This document shows positions 55,251 through 64,000 of a DNA stretch of 64,000 nucleotides, piece after piece. Below the pieces are notes generated by a model that saw only the letters and a program-made list of their open reading frames with translations, had not been told where the DNA came from and searched no databases. Position 1 is the first letter of the stretch; each line of letters begins with the position of its first letter. The position numbers were made by a program, and so were the translations under genes. This stretch comes from Eledone cirrhosa (lineage: Eukaryota): NCBI GenBank assembly GCA_964016885.1, contig OZ024742.1, forward strand, positions 125,798,001 to 125,862,000, read 5' to 3'.

Positions 55251-57510
55251 GTAAATCTAGCTGTCGTCTGTTCGACAGCGTAGACGTAATTCACTTCGCG
55301 CAGAAGTTTTGTTCCAATTTATTGCGGAAATTTTGTAAGTTTAATTTTAATTTTGATACTATTGTGTAGCTTGACCCCCCGTCTGAACTGTCAGGCGGTG
55401 GGTCAGCTCATCTTCGCCCCTCCCAGGGGTGAAAAACCTGTTTTTTTTAATTTTGTGGCATAAAATTTCAATCGTCTGGCAGAAATGTTAAACGAAGCTA
55501 ACGAAAATAGTGGTGGGGGAACAGCGGTAAGAGTTGTAAGCTCGCACGCTTTAGCCCCCCCCCCCCTTCCTTCCCAAACAACGTCATAGAGAAGGAAAGA
55601 AAAAATAAAATAAAAACAGACGAATGTGCGGAGAAAAATGACGAAAACACAAATCTGGAGATTGATTCCAACAACAACAAAAATTTGAAAGAATTGCATG
55701 ACAATATTAATACCACAAACAAAGAAACAACAAACACAAAAATAACATTTGAAAACAACATCATAACAGAAAGCAAAGCAGACGACAAAGTCAACACCAA
55801 TAATATTTCATTTGCACAAACAACAAAGAAATCTTTAACATATATACCTGAAAATATTTCAGATGTGGCACAAAGAATAAAAAACGCCAAACAATACATA
55901 ACTCAAGGGGAAAATGGAACCTTATCGGTAAAAATGCCCCAAGAACTCACCAAAGATATTGAAAGTCGGACGGTCGTTTTCCGCACCATCAACAACATCT
56001 CAAAAAAACCTCAACAACCAACACAAGCAGAAATTAAAGCAGTACTTACAGAAGTACTTAATGAAGCCACTTTCATAAGAAGAGACAGGCTGTATGGAAG
56101 CCTAGCGATTATTATGAAGAACGAATCAGCGGCAAAAAAATATGCTTTGTCGCCGATTCGTTCGACAAATTTTACCTTTTATCCATCTTATATGGGTAAA
56201 AGAACTCAGCGCATATGGCTGGATGCGATGATGCCAGATGTGGACTACTGCTGGATCATAGCTGGCTTCATCGATCCAGCAAATGACAACGTGATTTCCA
56301 TTGGGAAAACCACAGGCAATGCGTTCAGTGGAACAGGTATAGAACTTGTAGTGCAAATGAAGCCTGAACGCATTGCCCAAATACCCGACAGAATCCTATT
56401 AGAGGGCCACGGGTATATAAACATTAGCGTGGAGGGGAGAAGGCCGTCCTGTCATATCTGTGCAGGCAGAGGGCACCTAAAGGCGGCTTGTCCCCAACTC
56501 AACAAGAAGAAAACCCTGCTACCAACACCAGCTCCACCACCACCACAACAGATAAACAAACAACAAAACTCAGTCCCACCCAACCCGTCCCTCAGTAAAA
56601 CTACACCACCACCACAACACAAACAGACACAACACATTACCCAAAAACAAAACACAGTCCCACCCAACCCCTCACTCAATAAAACAACACAACCACCGCA
56701 GCCACAACACACAACACAGTCTAACATAGTGACATCCATCTCACCCACAAAGAAAACCAACACGGAAACATTACCAGCAAACATACCTCTTCCTTCCAAC
56801 ACTGAAGATAACCCAGCGAATTCGGAGGAAGAAACGGAGTCCTTCAGACAGATTAAAAAGAAAAAAAGAAAACATGTGCAAAACACACAAGGCCAAACAA
56901 CCCCTACCCAAATGTCAACACAATCCAACAAAACACAAAACACCCCTCCAGCAACAAACAAAACCAAACCTGCCCCTCCCCTCTTCGAAACACTCACACC
57001 ATCCGAAAAAAAGACATTACACTATACTTACATCAACAGAAACAATAATAAATTAAATGAACTCATAAACAATAACCCTTCGGCACAAACCGAAGGGGTA
57101 AACTTTGTTTCTTCAGAAAACTACCCACATTTAAAATTAATAAAGATCCCAATGAACCTCTACCAAAAACTAAAAAAGGATTTTAAAGAGGACGTAGGAC
57201 CACCCTCTGTCAAACCCATAAACCGCCTCCTCCTAAAAAGCTTTCCCCCTCCCCTTCCCCTCCCCAACACAACTCCAAACACCCCAACCCCACCACACAC
57301 TGACGACCCCACACCACCACAAGACACCCCTTCACCCAACACCCCCGACCCCATGGAAGTCGTGCGACCCGAACCCCGGGAAGCAGAAAGGTAGGTCTTT
57401 GCCGCCCACATGGATGTGTTAAGAGTATATTATTGCGTACAAATAGGACGGACCTGATAGCCTTTCTAAATGTATTAGGTTTTGATTTTTCTACATACAA
57501 TGATTAAATA
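55251..57510 (+). mobile_element. ORF1-only (HAL1-like) derivative of an L1/Tx1 element
   Basis: 5' UTR similar to the 5' end at ~4250 (GCGTAGA). Long open ORF1. ORF2 start MDVLRV at ~57410 is immediately truncated. Confidence 0.65.
55685..57394 (+). CDS. L1/Tx1-type ORF1 protein with CCHC zinc knuckle (>=569 aa; true start probably upstream, across the poly-C at ~55555)
   Basis: Uninterrupted 569-codon frame containing CHICAGRGHLKAAC; homologous to the ORF1 remnants at 2140-4092 and 19100-20390. Confidence 0.8.
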   Translation: MKELHDNINTTNKETTNTKITFENNIITESKADDKVNTNNISFAQTTKKSLTYIPENISDVAQRIKNAKQYITQGENGTLSVKMPQELTKDIESRTVVFRTINNISKKPQQPTQAEIKAVLTEVLNEATFIRRDRLYGSLAIIMKNESAAKKYALSPIRSTNFTFYPSYMGKRTQRIWLDAMMPDVDYCWIIAGFIDPANDNVISIGKTTGNAFSGTGIELVVQMKPERIAQIPDRILLEGHGYINISVEGRRPSCHICAGRGHLKAACPQLNKKKTLLPTPAPPPPQQINKQQNSVPPNPSLSKTTPPPQHKQTQHITQKQNTVPPNPSLNKTTQPPQPQHTTQSNIVTSISPTKKTNTETLPANIPLPSNTEDNPANSEEETESFRQIKKKKRKHVQNTQGQTTPTQMSTQSNKTQNTPPATNKTKPAPPLFETLTPSEKKTLHYTYINRNNNKLNELINNNPSAQTEGVNFVSSENYPHLKLIKIPMNLYQKLKKDFKEDVGPPSVKPINRLLLKSFPPPLPLPNTTPNTPTPPHTDDPTPPQDTPSPNTPDPMEVVRPEPREAER

Positions 57511-58294
57511 TGTGTGCGCATCCGTGCATGCATATTTGTGTGCGTTCATTTGTGCGTGCATCTGTGAGCGTGTGAGCGTGCGAGTATGTATGTGTGACTG
57601 CGTGTGTATTTGAGATCAGGGGGGAAATTTTGTTCATGGGTTTTAAATTCTTAAGTTTTACTAGCTATGTGATACCAAGCGTGTATTGAATGAATCCTAC
57701 TACTGTTGTATTCGATTGGCAGTCTGGTTTATAAAGAGTTGGAACATTTTAATAGAGATTGCAGAATGTAGTCGTAGAGCAAAGAAGAATTTCATTCAAC
57801 TGAGTATGTGGCTTGTAAAGTGGGTTTCAAAATTCTGTTTATTGGTTTTACATTTTAATGGATCAAGTTCGTATTTAGAATTTTTCATGTTTCTATATTT
57901 TGTTTTGTTTTTTGTTGCTTGTTTTTTTTTTGTTTTTGTTGCTGTTTTTTGTGGTACCATTTTTTTGTAATTATTTTAGTCAACGAAATGTTTATATTTT
58001 TAGGAAGATTCGGGTAATAAATTATAGAACCGATCTTATAAAGAGAACTTCTTTTCGACCTACTGTAAGAAGAGACAGTGGGGTTATATATTGCCGGATT
58101 ATATATACCTCGCCGCTAAATAAATCATTAAGTTCGTAACTCCAAGAGAAATACGATTTATAATTTCGGTTCTTTCTGTAGTCACAACTAAAGACATTTT
58201 GTTTATTTTTCTCGTTGTTGTTTTTTTCGGTACTCCATTCGGTACTTCAATGTTGTTGAAGTTGTGTTCAGCCATGCTGTATGTATGTATGTAT

Positions 58295-58700
58295 TGGCTG
58301 GGCTAAAAAGCCACATTCGATCGCAGCACCGTTTATTGTTATTGTGTGTGTGTATGTATGTGTATGTGGAGGTTTGTGTTTGTGTGTGTCTATGTGATGT
58401 GTATGTATGTGTGTGTATGTGTATATGTATATATATGTATGTGTATATGTATATATATGTATGTGTGTGTATGTAGATATATATATGGGTGTGTGTATAT
58501 GTATATATAGATATGTATATGGGTGTGTGTATATGTGTATGCATGTGTGTATGTGTGTATGTATGTGTGTATGTGTGTGTAGTTATGTGTGTGTGTGTAT
58601 GTGTGTCTCTCTCTATATATATATATAATTCTTTTTTATTATTATTTTTTATTTCGTACAATGGCCATACTCGATAACGAGGTAGCAGCCATCATCATGT
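58295..58700 (+). mobile_element. 3' end of an RTE-type LINE with microsatellite-rich 3' UTR and ATGT tail
   Basis: LAGLKSHIRSQH zinc-finger end; terminal GGCCATACTCGATAACGAGGTAGCAGCCA matches 52612-52645 (minus). Confidence 0.55.
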
Positions 58701-58984
58701 ATATATGTATGCCTGTATGTATGTATGCCTGTATGTATGTATGTATGCACATCTGTATATATATATATGGAAGAATATTTTATCCTAAGAAATCCCAATC
58801 AATAAAATAACTAATTAAATTACAAATCCGAAAGGTTTGATCAAAAGAGACACTTAGTAAACTTCCTACTGTGGAACATGAAGAACCCAATGTCTCTTAT
58901 TTGAAACTATTGACACACGTGCAGAGATAGAGAGAGAACGAGCGAGCGAGAGAGAAAGAGAGAGAGAGAGACATAGGCGGGGGG

Positions 58985-59027
<43 letters not shown>

Positions 59028-59039
59028 ATTTAGTCTGCA

Positions 59040-59346
59040 GGCGATTATCAGAGCCACGCACCCCCTGCTTCCGCCGAAAATTATAGAAGCTGGATTCTTA
59101 TAGAATTCCAGTAATAATCAGGAGGTGATTATACGGAGCGATTTCCGGTCCAACAAAAATTAGGTATATATACTATACATACATTCGTGTATACATCGCT
59201 ATTTCAGAGCACCAATCCTAATACCTATTTTGCTGGACAGGCAATCGCTCTGTATAATCAGCTCCTGATTATTACTGAAATTCAATATGAATCCAGCTTC
59301 TATAATTTTCGGCGGAAGCAGGGAGTGCGTGGCTCTGATAATCGCC
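59040..59346. mobile_element. MITE-like element with ~125-bp terminal inverted repeats
   Basis: GGCGATTATCAGAGCCACGCAC...(to ~59167) pairs with ~59221-59346 (...GTGCGTGGCTCTGATAATCGCC); ~55-bp spacer. Confidence 0.8.
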
Positions 59347-59479
59347 AAACAGCGTGAAATAGACTGTTAGCTTCTCTCCCTTCTTTCGCCGAAAAGAAGT
59401 AAGTGACATAGTCACTACTTTAAACTGATAGCGTATGGTCTTCTACATGTTTTTAATTAAACATACGGTATATTGCCAA

Positions 59480-59529
<50 letters not shown>

Positions 59530-59533
<4 letters not shown>

Positions 59534-59697
59534 GTGGTAAAAACCAGCAAGACCATAACCCACCAGAGTACTCGATACTTGGTGTAGTAGAGTGGGTAGT
59601 AAGAAAAGATTCAGACCCCGACGGCTGAGCTCCGGCAGTTTCAACAGCTAGATCTAGCTGTCGAAACGGGCGGAGCTCTTCCGTCGGGTCCTGAATC

Positions 59698-59702
<5 letters not shown>
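59530..59702 (-). mobile_element. Fold-back element, GAGCTC family, in (TA)n
   Basis: Palindrome centred on CAGCTAGATCTAGCTG; tail on the left. Confidence 0.75.
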
Positions 59703-59778
<76 letters not shown>

Positions 59779-60072
59779 GGGGGGGGGGACATTTGTCCTA
59801 GAGCCCGATGAGTGTTGAAGCGGCTCTTTCATTATACAGTGGTGACCATAACTGGAATCCGAAACCTAAGATCGCGCATACATGTTAACTGTATGAAACT
59901 CTAAATATATATATATATAAGCAGCTGAGTGGTATGCAGCCAGAGAGCGGTTGCAGTGCACCGGGACTATGAGGTTATCGGCTTCTCAAGTGACCCCGCA
60001 ATGAAAGGACGAATTCCTAAACTGAACTGACCGCTACCAGTGAAACATTATCGGAACGGAGAATTATCAGGT

Positions 60073-60104
<32 letters not shown>

Positions 60105-60108
<4 letters not shown>

Positions 60109-60296
60109 AAAAGAATCAGGACCCCGACGACTGAGCTCCGGCCCTTTCAATAGGTAGATCCGGATCTAGCTGTCGAAACGGTCGGAGCTCAGCCGTTGGG
60201 GTCCTGACTCTTTTCCTATTACCAACTCTACTACCCTAAGTATCGAGTACTCTGGTGCGTTATGGTCCACCTGGTTTCCTACCACACTTTCTTTGT

Positions 60297-60298
<2 letters not shown>
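60105..60298 (+). mobile_element. Fold-back element, GAGCTC family, in (TA)n
   Basis: Palindrome 60105-60218 centred on TAGATCCGGATCTA, followed by GCTGTC GAAAC G GTC GGAG; tail to 60298. Confidence 0.78.
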
Positions 60299-60373
<75 letters not shown>

Positions 60374-60387
60374 TTATTTATATATAC

Positions 60388-60431
<44 letters not shown>

Positions 60432-60445
60432 TTATTTATATATAC

Positions 60446-60503
<58 letters not shown>

Positions 60504-60603
60504 GTGTGTGTGTGTACGTATATATGTATGAATATGTATATAATATATATATATATATTCATACATATATACGTACACACACACACACGTGTATATATAT
60601 ATA

Positions 60604-61313
60604 TATCTTATCGAGTGCTTTGCTAACTCATCATTTCATATAAGTAGGCCGAATTTACTTGCAAACCGCCAGAGATTTGATTTTACTGATTTCCAATTAT
60701 ATTAATCGCCTAGATTAAATAATTAACTAATTAATTTAATTAGACAATTCTGTTGATTGGTTAATTATTTGTGTTTGTTTTATAACATCTAGTCGAGAGC
60801 TTATCATGATGATTAGCGGAAATTTAAATATTTCCTTTCGCTAGCATTTTGAATGACCCGCCTAAAACCGGGGTTATTTCCCTTGCCGCAATTAACACGT
60901 GATAACTATAGATACGATTAGCAGCTATCCGAGCTGCAACATATAATTTATCACTCCGGTTCTAAGCAGAACGAAAACCTGTTGATAAACTGAATCCTCT
61001 GTTCGATCACCAATACCATGAGCTTGCCATTCACGTAAGTCTGATATTTGATTTCGGATTCAAAGAAACACTTTAAACGATTGTTCGTTTGATTTGTCCA
61101 GCTGTACTTTTCTCAACCTGATTAGTTCTATCGTTGCTTTGGTATGTATTGTGTGTTAGTTTCGCCTACCACAATGTTCGATTTGTCAAGCTATTTAAAC
61201 GTATGTTATTACTCTGAGGTCCTATCTTATCGAGTGCTTTGCTAACTCATCATTTCATATAAGTAGGCCGAATTTACTTGCAAACCACCAGAGATTCGAT
61301 TTTACTGATTTCC

Positions 61314-61320
<7 letters not shown>
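60604..61320 (+). mobile_element. ~715-bp non-coding element with ~95-bp terminal direct repeats, inside (TA)n
   Basis: TATCTTATCGAGTGCTTTGC...TTTCCAATTA at ~60604-60699 and ~61223-61318. Confidence 0.65.
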
Positions 61321-61380
<60 letters not shown>

Positions 61381-61387
<7 letters not shown>

Positions 61388-61721
61388 TAAATGGAAACTA
61401 TAATTTATAAAACTATATTCTATTATATATATTTCAAGGGTACCAAATTTATCCAGGGATAACTTGAACCGTTAAGGTATATTATCCTTGGTTATGTCAA
61501 ATATTTATAAATCATTTTGTATTTCATCTGATGATAGCGTACCAAAATTTTGGTACCCTTGAAATATATATAATAGAATAAATACGGTTTTATAAATTAT
61601 AGTTTCCATTTATTTAATATCATTGTATATTATACTCCAGAAAAATCTGTTGAGTGCTCTGAATCAGTTATAAACATTTATATTTGTTGAATTACCAACA
61701 AAATGAATATCCCTTCTGCTT
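61381..61721 (+). mobile_element. Fold-back HHR element, diverged relative of 54646-55161
   Basis: Arms 61381-61450 and 61548-61620. HHR CTGATGA TAGCGTACCAAAATTTTGGTACCCTT GAAA TATATATA at 61528. Homologous tail. Confidence 0.78.
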
Positions 61722-61998
61722 ATATATATATATATTTATTTATATATATATGAATATTATATATATGTGTGTATAATTATGTATATTATATATGCGTGTG
61801 TACCTCTGTGTGCGAGTGTGTGTGCAAGAATAAAGGTGTTCCTCTACTTGTCATTTACTCAGGTTTTTTTTTCTTTATTTCTTTTTTTATTTAATTATCA
61901 ATAACATATATTTACTTAATTTGATCTAGATTTCCTAGTGAAATAATCTAACCACTGAGCTTATTGTTTTCGTCGTCCTGTGCGGTCCACATACATTT

Positions 61999-62032
61999 AT
62001 GTGTGTGTGTGTGTGTGAGTGTGAGTGTGTGT

Positions 62033-62126
<94 letters not shown>
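61999..62126. repeat. (TG)n microsatellite
   Basis: Direct reading. Confidence 0.99.
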
Positions 62127-62128
<2 letters not shown>

Positions 62129-63439
62129 ATATATATTATTTCATGTATTTGAAATATATACTGATCCTTCCGTTTTCCAGGGATAGCTAAAAGAGCTGAT
62201 CGCAGTGAGTTGTCAATGGAGAAGAAAGAATTAGGCTGGCTGTTAGCCAATGATATTTTCATATAGATTGATGTCAAATAGCAGACAATCAAGTAAGTGG
62301 TAATATGCTTTGGGAATTCAACGAGACATATTTTAGAACGAAATCTGAGAAAATTCTGTTAATTTCTAAACACGATGAGTAAATTCTGGCTTGAAATCAC
62401 GGAATCTTAACCTGTATAACCTCACTGGCAATTCTGTGCCATGTTTGGTCTAGCGCCAGACACATGTTTCCTTCTGTTGTTCAGGGTTATTCGCATGATC
62501 ATTCATCTTTCCAAGTCGCTGAGAAAATAAGATTCATTCTCAAAAAGCAACAATAAAAAAAAAAACAATGATAAAGGAATATATGTAAAGACAAGAAATT
62601 TGTTAGTGAAGTAGATATCTGAAGTTTATAGAAGAGGATATAATGGCTGAACGATAGTTTTTCGTTTCTTTTTATTGCGCTGTTTTATTTCTGATTAATT
62701 ATTTGGCTTTTTGGGGGGTTGTTTATAGTATTTGATTTGATTTTGTTGTTTCCCGTGACCAAAATCCTTGCTCAGAATAAAGCTGCCAAGCATTTTGATG
62801 AATCACGTTATTTTCAATTAATCAATCTTCTTTAGTATTTGAAAAATGGTCAGTAAAACAAATTCTGAAAGCGCCTAGTGAAGAATAACAAAAAACGATA
62901 GATTTACCACGGAATCGAATTGAAAGAAACTACAAGCTTGCAAGAGATAAGAAAATACAAACTATTAAAAAGAAAATAACGTGTATTATTGTTTTGGTCT
63001 TTTGTTGATTGTTGTTGTTGTTCTGATTTGTAATTTTGCTTTTGTATGGAAAATTATCAAAAATAATATATAAAACTTAGCTTGTAGCAAGTTTTCTTTC
63101 GGATGGAACTGATACTCGATAAGAACATGGTGAATTAGCAATCTTTGTTAAAAATTTTGAAGAAAGTAGCTACATAGAGAGTTTAAGATTACTGATTAGT
63201 TTTAAGATGACTCCTGTAAATATAACAAACATATTTAACGGAACTTTTACTACATCATCTCAGGCATTGCTATGTGATTAAGAAGTTCGTTTCCCAACTA
63301 GTTTCGACTCCAAATACACAGCTAGCCTTTCCTTCTGCAACTAAACCACGATTCCGAGTTACATCACACAGTTGTACACCTTTTACCTGTATCTACTAAT
63401 ATATAGGGTTGACTGAATACACAGGTGTTTTTTTTCTCA

Positions 63440-63640
63440 AAAAGGTTTTTTTTTCCGTTCCTTCTTCCCCTGCTCACTCTTTATCTATCTATTTCATCTT
63501 TCATTTCTTATTCTATCTTCCGATGAAGGACTAGTGTCCAAAACGTTGATACTCTTTTTCTACCATATCAAGCGTTAAACTAATATATTTCGTCATTACG
63601 CTGTATCATTTGCTTTTTATTTCTCTTTACTTTTTGCTTA
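63440..63640 (+). mobile_element. PLE-like terminal remnant with degenerate HHR
   Basis: CCGATGA AGGAC TAGT GTCC AAAAC GTT, then AAGCGTTAAACTAATA. That motif also occurs on the minus strand at ~46372-46388 and, diverged, at ~52430-52448. Confidence 0.5.
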
Positions 63641-63644
63641 CATA

Positions 63645-63706
<62 letters not shown>

Positions 63707-63844
63707 TCTCTCTCTTTCTTTCTTTCTCTCTATCTATCTCTCTATCTCTTTCTCTCTCTCACTGTATGTGTGTATATATATATATATATACACACATGTG
63801 CGTGTATATCTATATATACATATACACGCACACACACACACACG

Positions 63845-63936
<92 letters not shown>

Positions 63937-64000
63937 GTAATATAATATAACTAAATCCAAGACACTTCCTTCAAATTTAGTAATTTAGTAAACATTTTCT

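Noticed and set aside
59800-59875. CCGATGA...GAAAC possible hammerhead
   Set aside because: Could not form stems I and II convincingly.
62170-62300. Possible host exon after TTTTCCAG
   Set aside because: Frames close quickly and no recognisable protein motif; unsupported without RNA data.

Overview
AT-rich eukaryotic (animal) intergenic or intronic DNA made up almost entirely of transposable elements and microsatellites. The repeat content looks molluscan, probably cephalopod/octopus-like (inference). I found no convincing host protein-coding gene. Left half: an L1/Tx1-type LINE (1-4255, minus), two R4/Dong-type RLE LINEs stacked in (ATGT)n, RTE-derived pieces, a degenerate L1/Tx1 copy and many tRNA-derived SINEs. 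Right half (about 30.7-64 kb) is saturated with (TA)n tracts. It holds a near-full-length Neptune-like Penelope-like element (PLE) with a partial-tandem copy, a 5'-truncated Naiad-like PLE, a third GIY-YIG fragment, a tandem non-autonomous Helitron pair, a MITE and an ORF1-only L1/Tx1 derivative. The most striking signal is at least 14 minimal type-I hammerhead ribozyme (HHR) motifs, intact or degenerate. Many lie in small non-coding elements embedded in (TA)n: ~420-430 bp tandem retrozyme-like units, and several unrelated fold-back (palindromic) families. In two of these families the symmetry axis appears to be the hammerhead stem II hairpin itself. All calls were made by eye; coordinates are approximate to a few bases.
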